64,000 nucleotides of DNA, taken from assembly GCA_030704615.1 (NCBI GenBank), contig CM060733.1:58280001-58344000 (forward strand), read 5' to 3'. Below are positions 50,201-62,540 of this stretch, piece by piece (positions within the stretch are counted from its first letter, which is position 1; the number at the start of each line of letters is the position of its first letter). This DNA comes from Takakia lepidozioides (taxonomy: Eukaryota; Plantae; Bryophyta). Position numbers and translations under genes: made by a program. Below the pieces are notes generated by a model. The model was not told the DNA's origin. It did not search any database and saw only the letters and a program-made list of their open reading frames with translations.

Positions 50201-52505
50201 ATATTGTCTCTAGGCTCCCGCACATTGGGCAATTACAATCTCAGCGTACTGAAAGGATCACAGGCCCTGGACGCAGAAGACTGTACCTCAGCTCGAAAGA
50301 TATCGAATACAAAGCCATTGAAGCTGCTGACCACAGCCTATTGCACATCCAGGCCTAGACCATCGAGGGTGTGCACTGTTGACAGAAGAAGCCCTGCACG
50401 GTGTGCAGAGAACATGCGGATATTGAGCACCCTCCCCTGATCTCTTGTCCTAACCTCTACCTGCTCCACATAAGTCCCACGATCAGTGATCACGCTTGGC
50501 TGCAGTAATGAACGCTCTCTGCATCTGTTTACTTTTCAAAGGTAGGCTTCCCATCCCGAGTTTAAATTTCAGTCTAGTGCTGGGCCCTTCAGATCATCCT
50601 TAAGGTCCTCTCGCTCATGTCATAGACTGGAAACAAGTGAAGGTTTATGCCTAACTTCATTCAATCGGACAGTCTTTGGGCATCAGACATGACTTTGGTC
50701 ACATCCCCCTCCAGGTCAGCTTAGGGTCAACTCTTCTGGACTAATATTCAGGTACTTGACAATCTCTTCTCCCCTTTTCCGCCAAGACATAGCCTGTTTA
50801 ACAGAACGGTCTTACTTCCAAGAAATAGCGTTGATTAGTTTAAGGTATCTGGTATTCGGCATGCGATTCAACTGACCCCACCATCTGACCTTGAATTCAT
50901 CATGTTGAGAGCTTAAGGGAGGTATGCCAAATTCGCCCCGAACATCCACATCAACAGGACCGTCTTGCTTCCAAGAAATAGCATCGATTATTTTAGGGAA
51001 TCTGGTATTCGGCATGCGATTCAACTGACCCCACCATCTGACCTTGAATTCATCATGTTGAGAGCTTAAGGGAGGCTTGCCAAACTCACCCTGAACAGCC
51101 ACGTTAGCTGTTCTAGAGGAAGCCGACATGCTTTCTTTGAGCACGGCGACCTGAATGGATACTAAATACTTAGCCTGGTTGGAATTGTCGACCCTCGGGA
51201 GCAGATGCGTACTCCAAGGCCGGCCTAATAATGTTCCAAAGCATGGTCCTTTTAACTTCAGTATTAATCCCTCTGCAGTCAAAAAATTTAGTGAGACCCA
51301 AAGCTTTGCGTGTAGCTGATTGAATCACTTTCTGTATATGCGCATCCCAGTAACAGTTGGAGGAAAACTTGACTGCATTAGACTAGGGGTGGAAGTGTAA
51401 ATGGGAGAGTTTGTCGTGCAGCAGGTTAATATGAAGGACCCAGCTGCAACATTGACTCTCAAGCATGTGGATGAAATCCAACAACTTTGCAGTTTGCAGT
51501 TAAACAGCAGGCAGGCTATTCCTTTCTTTTCTGTGTACTCAGACACTGTCTAAGAAGCCTTAAAGTGACTGTGGATCCACTGGCCCCCTATCCTATTTGA
51601 TTTAATTGCAAATCGTTCATCCTATGTGAATTATGTGTGTGAATACCTCTGGATTTCTCTAGGATCTCTTCCTAGAGACATTCAGTTGTCACTGAAAAGC
51701 GGCTGCAGTCTGTCGGGATTGATGGCATGCTACTTTTGTATGCTTACAGGCGAGCCTCTACAAAAGAGAGCAAGCTCGCACATGAAGCTTTCTTGGTATG
51801 TGACCTGCACCCCCCTTCTTTGTTACTGTGATGTGTTTGAATAGTGGAACAAGCTTATCCTAAAACACGTCTGGTACTTTACATAGAAAGTTCACTGCCG
51901 TTGTAGTGAGCTCTTTTCCAGTACGCAAGTACCACAAGTACAGGGATATAAGCGCAGGTTATTGGGTCTGACTGAGAGAGTTTCTTGTCAGTGATGCCTA
52001 CCAAATATTTTTTATGGGAGGAAGATTCCGGTTCCAAAACTCTTGGTGTGCCATGTCGTGGAGCTTATTTGAAAGCGTAGTGTAGCAGCCTGACACTTCG
52101 AGTTCACAGGGGCATGTCAGAGATGTGCAAGTTTAATTTTGTCTCAATTTATTTATTTTTTAAATCTGATGTTAGGGATGTCCATTTTCATGAAGAAAGA
52201 AAAGCCATGGTTCTATCATTGACAGTGAAAAGGGACAACATAGTTACTCACCTGAACCACATCCTGGAAACCACTTGCAACTACTGGCCAGGGTATATCC
52301 CAATCCCTCCCTTTGTCGCCTGGCCTCTGCCCAACTGAATACATATCTACTATGCCAAGCATTCTTTAAGGAATTTGACTTCTCAGAGATTGACTGTTGA
52401 CATGCACCTTGTTCTGGTGTTTGTTTGTTGAATGCTTTGGTGCAGGCAGGGGCACTATTGGTACTCATGACAGCCATGCTCCTCATCGTTTGGAGGTCGG
52501 TGTAG
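42562..52505 (+). CDS. SQS: Squalene synthase-like protein (FDFT1/SQS family), 13 exons, 407 aa, divergent catalytic motifs
   Basis: Exons 42562-42756, 43350-43392, 44293-44382, 44661-44736, 45184-45253, 46269-46412, 46939-47043, 48231-48377, 49018-49093, 49554-49639, 51425-51510, 51750-51795, 52446-52505 total 1224 nt in frame. Motifs [41 protein letters not shown] and a C-terminal hydrophobic anchor. Introns 10 and 11 need GC donors. Confidence 0.93.
44080..44258 (-). mobile_element. Internally deleted LINE family A fragment with (GA)n in SQS intron 2
   Basis: [13 protein letters not shown] matches family A; (GA)n at 44219-44258, ending 35 bp before exon 3. Confidence 0.75.
45490..46000 (-). 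mobile_element. LINE family B 3'-end fragments in SQS intron 5
   Basis: Reverse complements of the family B 3' UTR (AAATGAAATGG..TTTATAACGTCCGTGGAAAGCTC..GAGCTTATGGGACAAAATGG). Confidence 0.75.
47295..47900 (+). mobile_element. LINE family B fragment in SQS intron 7
   Basis: [31 protein letters not shown] and a (CATTT)n tail; paralogous to 24125-24690. Confidence 0.88.
49870..51375 (-). mobile_element. LINE family A copy in SQS intron 10, with a ~140-bp internal tandem duplication and a captured gene fragment
   Basis: [40 protein letters not shown] and the family A 3' end; direct duplication 50815-50955 / 50968-51105. Confidence 0.88.
50287..50460 (-). pseudogene. ICE1: Captured exon of an ICE1/SCREAM-type bHLH gene (C-terminal ACT-like domain)
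   Basis: [57 protein letters not shown], bounded by CAG| and |GT; one stop. Confidence 0.85.
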
Positions 52506-53993
52506 CATGGGTGGTGAGGAGACAACCAGATGTTATGACTGGCCAGGGACTTTTATATTGAAGTTGAAACAGAGGTTTGGCTTGGATAGCCGATTGGCTA
52601 TAGCTTCGGGCTTTTTCCGCCAAATGAGGGATAAACCCTACTTTAAACTTGTGTAAATGAGAGGATTGTTCTCTAGTGGTCAGCTCTACGTCTTTCTTCT
52701 GGAAAGGTAGACGTGTTAATGCCTGGAGAATGCCGGACTGGGTATCAGGGGCATATTTAAAAAGGTCGTGTAAATTATTCAACTATCAGGAAACTAGTTC
52801 TGTACATTTTATGAATAAAGTACCCAATCTAGTCATCAACCTTGGCAAAATGGAGGTTGTGTCATTGTAACACCAACCAGTCTTACAGCCAACAGGAGCT
52901 GGACATTCTATATTTTGTTGTCAACAAGGTCGGCAAAGTTATGGTTGATGGAGGGTGGAAGGATGGTGAGTATTCTCCTATCCACGCTCTCGCTCTTCCA
53001 TGACACCCACCATCCAAGTGACAAGAGTACTGTAAAACCTTTTTTGGAGGTGGTGGACGTTGTGTTGCTTTATCTGCAACATCACTACGTGGAACTAGTG
53101 TTTCTTTTTTCATTTCTCAAAAGTTGGTGGCAAAGCCACCTATGAATTCTATCCAGCATCCATGTGGCGCAATAACGAAGTGGAAGGTTTAGAAAGGTGG
53201 ATATATGACAGGTGGCATGTTTTAACGGATGCATATAATATTCCACTACTGGCACGAATTATTTAGATTTTACCCCCCATAATTCCTCGGTACTATTAGC
53301 TGAGTCATTTTCCAGGGCCGGTGAAATCTGGTGGTAATTAATCGCCAGAAAAAGACACACAAAACAAAAATAAAAATACACTGGCCCGTTGGACTAAATT
53401 ATTGGTACCCTACATTTGTCTATTGAATTCAACTTGTGTAGGACTATATTAGGAGCTTCGATTCAGAGATTAACCGACGAGAACTTGGAAAGATTAAGCT
53501 AAGTTCAACATTATGATGTTTCATATAATCTGGAGATAGTTGTAACATATCAACATTGAAATCCCCAATGAAAATCATAGTTCAAGATCAAGGAGCTTTG
53601 AAGTAGAGTGTGAAGGAAATCTTCCGACTGCATTGTTGGGGGTTTAAATAAACTGCTATGACATGTGGCACTTTTCAGGTAAGTTGAATAAAATGCTAAT
53701 ACATTCACCACCATTATGTGTGGATATATCATGATCTGCCATGATTATCATAACAAGATTAAAACATTAAGTTTATTGGTGTTTATCAAATGCAGCCAAT
53801 TTGTACTTGAATATGAGACGCTTGAAGTTTATAATCTTTTGTTATATTGAAAGGATTGAGTATTTAATGATTACACAAGGAGATATGATAGATACGGTTA
53901 ATTCATATTAAGCCGATGTCCTTAATTTTTTTTTTCTAAGGGATACCTCCCCTTTTTGTAAGAAAAAGAAAACGTTTTCATCTCATCAAGGAC

Positions 53994-54280
53994 CAGTGTT
54001 TTTATTTCTGGCGAAAATTCGCACTTTTTTTACCTCAAAAATCAAAATAGAATATTCTGTCGTAAATTCCCTATTTTCTCATGGATGAAATCGCCAAAAA
54101 TCGCAATATATATATATATATATTGGATGAATTCGCCTAATATGGATGATATACATGGATGAAAGTACAGAGGAGGATGATTCCGTCCAAATTTCAGTGG
54201 ATGAGCAGAAAATATGGCTATTCCCTGCAAAACTCAGTAGCCACTCCTGTTCTTTTTCAAATTTGAAAAAAAAAACACTG
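53994..54280. mobile_element. hAT MITE
   Basis: CAGTGTTTTT..AAAAACACTG TIR with 8-bp TSD TCAAGGAC / TCAAGCAC (one mismatch). Confidence 0.85.
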
Positions 54281-56019
54281 TCAAGCACCAACTTGTGGAC
54301 TTAAATATTTTTTATTTCTAAATGATTTAATGAATATAATTTTTCTTTTGTGCGAATCCTAGATAATGCGATATTATATGTGACACCAGTATGATCAAAT
54401 GGGCTTAAAGTTAATTCTTGAGCACAATGTATTGTTCGGGCTGCTGCTGGTTGTATGAGAATTTAAATTTGTGCGATGAGATGATTGAAAATTTCTTCAA
54501 CTTGTATTCCTTTTGTTATTTTTGTTGTATGTCTCCATAATATTTATCAATGTTTGATGAAAGGTATATAAATAATCACGTTTCATTCTTGTATATTGAC
54601 CTATGTGAGGCAAAATAAAATTTATTCAAACAATTAATAATATAGATGAGATTTTTATATAATTCTTGATTACACCTTCGGCTCCTTGACAAGTCCGTCC
54701 ATCTTAACTTTTAAGTTTCATAACTTCTAGCGAATAATTCCAAGTCTAGCATGTTTCTTTTGAGGTATTGATCTCTGTGCAAAGGTGTCCTTTTTATCTT
54801 TTCTCGCAATGCTGCTGCCCATTTTGCAAGATTATTAATTGTATCTCTTTGTGTAAACCTCCCGTGTTATTCGGATTATCAAACAAAGTAAAACATGTAA
54901 GACATGTCAAGTTGATTTTTGTAGCTTTGAAGTTTCAAAGTATATAATTTACCCGGAGTTATATAAAAAAAACCTTCATATAAACTTCATCTTTATTGTG
55001 TTATCCACATGTGTCCAAAGTAGCAATTCTAAAGTACCACAGAACTAGAAATTGAAGTTACTGCATAAATACTAAACAATATTGTCATATTTTGAATGAT
55101 ATTGCGTTAACAATCTAAATATTATTTGATATCCAGTCATGATAAGTTAGTTTCAAATTCAGGAAAGAGCCTCTCGCGTGAACAAACACATCATACTTTC
55201 AAAAGGTTAGGGGAAGATGTATACATTTAATTGATGAATTTAACTTATAATTGTTGAATCTAGAACAAATATAGAACTCTGTTATATTCTTACGTCGGCT
55301 GAAAGATTATTTTCGCAAGGGGAAAGTTGAGGTTTGTATATAAATGATAGCTATAATAGTAGATAGGTGTACTAGTGCATAGATGTAATATAATACTTGA
55401 GTTAGCATTCTCTCGATTTCCGCTCTAGTATCTCAAGGCCAAACCCTAGTCCTACATTTTGCAAATTCTAGAGGGGCTTTATCCTTGTCAGTCTGCCCTA
55501 TATTAGACAGTCTAGTATGTTTGCTGTTTTCCAGACATTCTTGAAGTGCTAAGTCGCATGAATTTCTACATAGAACCGAAGGAGGTCCATACATTATTCC
55601 GGAAAGTTGTCATTGTCAGCCCAGACACATTTGTGTGTCAACTTGTGTTACCTCACCTCCACAACACAACCTCGAGCAAACCAAGCCAAGTTTTATCAAA
55701 TAACATCGTATTGTAGCCCAATACTTCAGCAGAAGTTGAATCAATTGGGACCGGCAACAGATAAATCCTTTGCCGATGTCTACAGTGTATTTCTATACCC
55801 GACTAAATATGCTGGTAAACTGTTATTCAAGACCTGGTTTTGTGTGGGCATCCAACGGTTGTGTAGGCAGATTATAGATAGGTGACCACACCTGGGAGTT
55901 CTACAATAATCAGTGGATATGATATCCATCGACCATCCCAAGTTATCATTGGGAACTAAGGCATCTAAACCTATAAGAGCGGCAAGCCTCGTAGTTTCCA
56001 TCACTAAAGTCATGCGCAA

Positions 56020-59000
56020 GCTTGATTCCATATCCATTGCCTCGAGAAGCCACTTTACAATTAGCAATTGAGATCCAAATTATTCAGCTTCAAGCAGACA
56101 TGGACTTTTCAAAGGCCTCGATCGCTCTCCAAAAGAAAATCATCTCAAGGCTATTTGGAGGGCAAGCTTGTGATGACCCCACAGACTATGCCTCTATGGG
56201 ACTGAGCCAACTACTTTCTATTGCAGGTAAACACTAAACAGTCCCCATCATGACACAAACCCTTATGCTTTTCACTGCCTACAAATTCATTTGTATTTTT
56301 AATTAGCTATATCGGTTTCATTCCAATGCAGGTGCTAACTCAGTTGAAGTCAATGCACCTACTTCTTGGCAACAACTATCCAGAACCTATGAAGAGCTTG
56401 GCATGCCCAAACCTGTTAGGTGGCGGGTATGCACAGGCAAGACAAACGAACCCCATGCCTCGGAGTTGTTACTTCCCTCAGTGGACATTTATGAGGGTCC
56501 ACATGTAGTAAAGTATCATTGTGGCATGGTGTCAAACTTCGTTGTTGTGAAAAATGTTCAGTATGTGGAAACTTTCGAAATGATACTCTGGGATTTGACT
56601 ATCTATCCATTGCAACTCAACTTGCAATATACTGCAAAAGCCCTACTCAATGCCACGAATTTATGGAATTATGGCGTCATCGAGAAAACTGGCTTCATAA
56701 AGCACGAGACTTTAATTAACCTACCACCAGCATTTCACAGTTTTGGCATGGAGAAAAAATGAGAACCCGTCAGGCATTTTGGGACCCATATAGACAGTGG
56801 GAATTACCCCATATGCACTAATGATAATTGCATGATGGCGTTTTGTGCTTTTCTAGAGCCTTGCCCAGAGCTTGTGCAAGGTTGGGATATTACATCACGC
56901 CAGTATAAATTCTATTGCCCTTCTTGTTCGACCCGTAGTGTGTGTGCCAAACGAACTCAATAGGTACATCCAAATGCCTTGTAGCTATATTCTCAAAACA
57001 TAGGTACCATTTCTAAATTGCAAGCTATTTGTTGTTCTTCATGATTACGAATAACTTTGTTTTTACGTTTGTAGGTCTAAGTGTTTTGCAAGCTTTTTGT
57101 TGTTCTTCATGATTATGAATAACTTTGTTTTTGCTTTGGAGGGGGACCCACGTAATTTTGCTCTTGCAGCACATTGGGGATTTTTATCAGTGACAACCAA
57201 ATTCAAAGATACATGGGTGGTGGAGGTAGAAGTATTGAATGGTGGAAAGGAGAATGCTCTTGGACCACTACCAATGTTGTTCATCCCATCTTCATCTGCT
57301 CTGATTGTAATGGAGGAACAAGTTTTGGCTGGCTTTCTTGAGCCCCTATTACAACATGTGGAGTCCATATTGTTCTTGGTTGGCATCGACGTCATCTATG
57401 TGTATCCATCTCGTCTAATCTCTTCACGCATACCTGCTTGTGATGGTAATGGACATTCGAAAATACGTGCGATGTTGATGTTATGGACATGTGATCACCC
57501 TGCCAAAGCAAAATTGGGGGCTAAAAAGATGGTGGATATCATGCATGGCGACAAGATCACATGCTAGCAAAGGTGGTTGGACGTCAGGTTGTATACCTAG
57601 ACAATAAACGCCAAGCCGAGTATCCCCCTCCAAAATGTAGCATTCACAGCATTCTTTTGGAGCTAGAAGAAGTGGGCCTTGTAGCCGGAGATAGTTGTGT
57701 CACAGGGAAGTCAAAGCTTTGGCGATTGTTTCATCTGTATGGGTTTGACTTGTCATGTGACCTTGTATACGACTGCATGTACATTCTGCCTTTGTGTGTA
57801 TTTAAGAAGTACATGAAGAAGTTGAGCTAGGCACAAGTGCAAAGGACGAGAGGTAGAGTTACAAACTGCCCTGCAAGAAATCACAGCAAGGAGGCCTTTG
57901 AGCTAGGGGCGCGGTGGCCATCTCACATAGTGGAGCGACTGGGATATTGGAAAGCTGAAGAGTATATACTTTTCATTTCTTGGTGCTTGCCATATATCCT
58001 AGACCGAATGGGGTTTACCAAAGATGACAAATTGTGTGCAATAGAGTCTCATTTTGGTTGAGATTTCACGCTTGTTTTTTTGCCATTGTCAGACATTTGG
58101 TTGGACTGAGGTGGTTGTTGCCTAAGAGCTTCTTGCCGCATGAAGAAAAGGATGGGAAGAATATTTCGGGCCAAATGGCTCCATTTTAGAGCATGTTGCA
58201 GGTAAGATACTTCCCATTATCATTTTATGCGTCAACTAATTGTAGGGCTGCAACTATGTGAGTGCCCCCACTCACATGAGTATGGAATTCTCATTGCTTC
58301 TTCAAAGGAAGAAGCGATGTGCCTTTGGAAACTACACCACATTTTGCCCCCATGCCCTTGCAAAAACTTAATTGAAACAAAATATATGTGTGGGATGGAA
58401 GAAGGGAAACAAGTTAATTATGATATAGAGTACGAAAACCTACCTCTATCGCTACTGGAGTGAAAATGAGCTTTTGGATATTGAAATGACAAGGATGATG
58501 TTCAATGAAACAGTTGAGAAGATGTCTTTTGTGATCTTCAAAGGCGTGAAAATACCATGTTGGTGATATGATTGTGGTTAGAATTGATGCCATGGCCAAT
58601 GAACCCCTCAAAGAATTAGGCCATTGGATTTGGAAGGCGCAGATTACATCCATTTTCATGCACGAATTTATGGGTCATCATGACCTGTTTTTTTGTGCTA
58701 AATACTTTGAGCAGGTTTCAGTCTCAACAACTGACAATGAAGCCTTGCATTTGGAGCTATCTTCCATGCGCATTTTATGCCCCATCCCTAGACACTACCC
58801 AGGGGATGATACCCGTCCAGTGCACATGCTCTTGCACAAATTCATGATCAATCAGATCCACAAGAGAGGAGATGTCATCTTGGCTTTCGAACTTGCTGAC
58901 CTGTCAATCCGAATGCATTTACTAGCTCAAGGGGAGCCAGGGTGTTGTCCACCTTAGCCTGAGGTAAATGACTTGATTTTTTATAAACCAATGGAGTCAG

Positions 59001-59330
59001 AGAGGTCATTGCGCAACTTTCTTCTAGGGGTTGTGCGAATGGTTACGATGCCCCCTCATTTGCGTGTGGAAGGAGAATCTGGTGAAGATGACATTGAAAC
59101 ATATGATGTTGAACCATACGTTGGAAAAGTCTACATGAGTAGGTTACACCTCATTTCTGGCACAACAGATAGATACAAAGCAGCCACAACCAGTCATCGA
59201 CCTTTCATCGACATTCCTGGAGCCGTTTGGGAAAATATGCCAATAATCCTGGTCGTGTCACTCGCTGTTCACAGCGCCATAATCTTCCCATTGAATGGGA
59301 GGGTGTTGAGATATGATGCTTGGTGCAGCT
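56020..59330 (+). mobile_element. CMC/EnSpm (CACTA-superfamily)-like transposase pseudogene with introns; termini not found
   Basis: DPRNFALAAHW.GF, FLEPLL, IRAMLMLWTCDHPA..K.G, DLVYDCM(H/Y)ILPL, RWP..LGYWKAEEY..F; multiple frameshifts. Confidence 0.7.
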
Positions 59331-61732
59331 GAACAATAGTCATTGGTTGACATTTTTAAAATTGTCATTGAATTAGCATTGAAATAGCCTTCGGAAGCAG
59401 GAGACATATGTTTGCTTTCTGCCCTGTGGCATCGGTAATGACATTTTGGGTGATTTCTTGGGCTCAGCAAGTGGGATAATTGTACAACTATTGCACCATT
59501 GTCTCTTGTGGCATGCTATTAGTCTTAAGAAGCAGAACAAGCTTATTCGCCAACTGCTGCCCAAGGATGGCGTGGCCCTAGATGCACATTTCCAGCACAC
59601 AAGACCCCAGTTTTTCCTAAACGTTGGCCAAGCACTGAATATTATTTCAAGTAATTTCCATGGGAGAATTTACCTAACTGTTGCTCAGGGGCCTTGTGAA
59701 CTTCATGATACCATGGTTCCTATGATCACGGATTGCACAACATCTGTGCATGATGTCTAATGTGTGAGACCAATGTCTAGAAGGAAAATGTAACAATGTC
59801 TTCTATGATTGTGACAAGGCGGATTGTGTGAATCACTCTGTCTGTAATTCCTACAATGGGCTCAACGGAGGACGTTTGTCCCATTTGCTTCAATGAGTTC
59901 GATAAGTGCACATTTGTTGAAAGATAATAAACTGGAAGAACCAAAATCCAATTAGAACCGAGATCCAGTTGCAAGCCAGATTTAATTTGACAAATATGAA
60001 AGAGTAAAATCTTATAAAAAATCAAATTACAAATGGATTACTATAAAATAGTACTTACCGTTTCTCTTCACAGACACGCTATTAAACATATAGCGCATAA
60101 ATCGATTGAACTTCCAACACGTTGTGTTCTATGCTGGGTATGAAATTGTTTGAAGTCGATTTCAAACTTTGGCATGCCCACGAGATCCTTAAACTTCTCG
60201 GATTGCTGGTTGGGCACTTGCAAAGGTAGGATTTAGATTTGTTGGAGACACAATATGGGCTGCTCTATCCTAGTTATTGAAAATTGTTTTTTCCCATAAG
60301 GCTTCATATCACAATTTTGGTGTTCTAGGAAATCCGGATTTGTAATGAATGCCATTTGCAGATTAATGTAGATATCCACAACCATTTGAGGTGTTCACGA
60401 GATTTATGTATCAACAATGTTTGATGAGTTTCAACAACTAGTTAAATACCTTTAAAGCTAAACGTGCTTATGCAAAATGCTTATTTTCCAAGTGAATGAG
60501 CTCCATTTCCAGCTAAATATGGTCATGTTATTATTCTAGCTCTGTTGTCGGATATTTTTGTTGAACTCACATACTAGATGTTTTCCCATAAAATTCGTGT
60601 ATAGAGGGGTAGGAACTATGTTTTTCATTTGAAGATCATTATAGATCTCATTCCAACGTTGTTTTTGTGTGCTCTGCATTGGACTACATGAGTGTTATCA
60701 TTGATCAATATCGTGAATCAATTCACGAGTGCTATCATTTGTATAAAACAAGTGTGGATATTTTGGATCAAATGGTGGTTGTCTGTAACAAGTTTTATTA
60801 GTAAAATTTATGTCATTTTCAGTTTGTTGAGATCAGTTGAAAATTTGCTCAAAACTTGAATGAACCTAATATTAGTTTGATACATAACTTGATGGAAGTC
60901 ATAACAATTTATCAAAATTCTACATGTACATAGATTATGAATCATGAACATGCTTGAGTTGATGGAAATTGTCTATTATAAGTACGTCAAAGTTGCCAAG
61001 AAAACAGATTATGAACACACTTGATTATTCTTTAATCTTCTATCTACAAATATAAGCATCTTATGACATATAAGAGAAATTTCATCGATTACCAATAACT
61101 TCAACTGCTCGTATTTTCAATTGAGTGCATCTCTTTTTTCATCATCACTTAAAGGATGTAAGTAATTGATCAGGACTCCTGTTGATTGATTAGGATTGTG
61201 AAACTTGAAAAATTGAATGAATAGTTGTTCCATCTATATTGAGAGCGGTTTTTCTAGTGTAAATCTCTTTTAATACTTTTGGTCTCGATGGATCCTTATT
61301 TTTATCTTGTTTTACATAGAATCGCAGTAATGCTGGAATGATAATTAACAATGTGAATGTTTTATCAGTACCAAGCCCCTTAGTGGTAGATATATAGAAT
61401 GGTTCATCATGATGTTTGTTGTTTTTGTATAAAATACTATCCAATAAAGCTCTTTATTCTTCGTTCAAACTTCAAACTCCTTACATGGACGCAAAATATT
61501 CAGAAGGTAAATTTTTTTGTAATATTGGGTTAAATATAATATGTTAAAGTCATTTATTTTGTTTTGTTTCATAAATTTCTCGATTGAAAGATCATATGGA
61601 TTGATTCCAATTGCATTTGTTTCCAATGAGTTATCCATGATTTCACTTTTCAATGTTTGATTTTGCGTTCATATTATGTTGGCCAACAAATTTTACTAAT
61701 GACAAGGGCTCCAAATTGTCGGGTCTTCTTAA

Positions 61733-62540
61733 CCCTTAACTTCCTACAGGTAGCTTTTTTTAAAACCAAAATTCACTTATCTCTACAGTAAATTGAGTCT
61801 ATCTACCTACCTATTTACATCTAGAAAAGTGAACCTTACATAAGTGAACCTACTTACCACATACATCCACGCACTCAATCTTGGAGAAATTCACCGTAGA
61901 TTTGTCAAGATTGTAATGCTTTAGTTAGAAGTTTTTTCCCAAGTTTTTGAAAACCAGTTTTTTTGGGTTTGACCAGAGAAATGGACTGACGAGTTGATTT
62001 TTGCTGCCTATCAAAGTAGCATATCCATATTTCCAAACTTGTTACAGGGGTCTCCATCAAATTTGGAGGCCAAATTCCCAATTTCCTAAATGCCCCTTTG
62101 TACATGAAGTTGTGGGGGGTTCAAAAGCCAGGAACCTAAAAAATGGAGCATACACCAAATTGAGGTCCAAAAAATATATATGATCTAGAAATCACACCAG
62201 TGACTATGTCATGTGCACTCCATAGAGCACGCATGCCCAATTTTCTGGAAAATCCACCGGTGGAATAAGAAAAATCTGGACCTAGTGGACCAGCAAGTTT
62301 TGGGCCCATCAGGCCTACACCACTGTGAAATGGATGACCCCCTCATTTCCTAAGGCTTTCCTAAATTCTTGCATGTCGCTGAATTTACCAGAATTCAAGG
62401 CATTCAATGCGAGATGGTGGGCCATCCCGTCAGAAATAGAATTGCAGAAGAAACAAACCTAAAAATTTAAAATCTGCAAAAGTTACATGCTCATTTCATA
62501 CATGCCGCGACCCGTTTTGGGTTGCATAGGAAGTTAAGGG
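61733..62540. mobile_element. piggyBac-like MITE (808 bp)
   Basis: TTAA|CCCTTAACTTCCTA ... TAGGAAGTTAAGGG|TTAA, a perfect 14-bp TIR. Removing the element and one TTAA restores the RepHel frame (CIDKSLRRPDNL). Confidence 0.85.
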
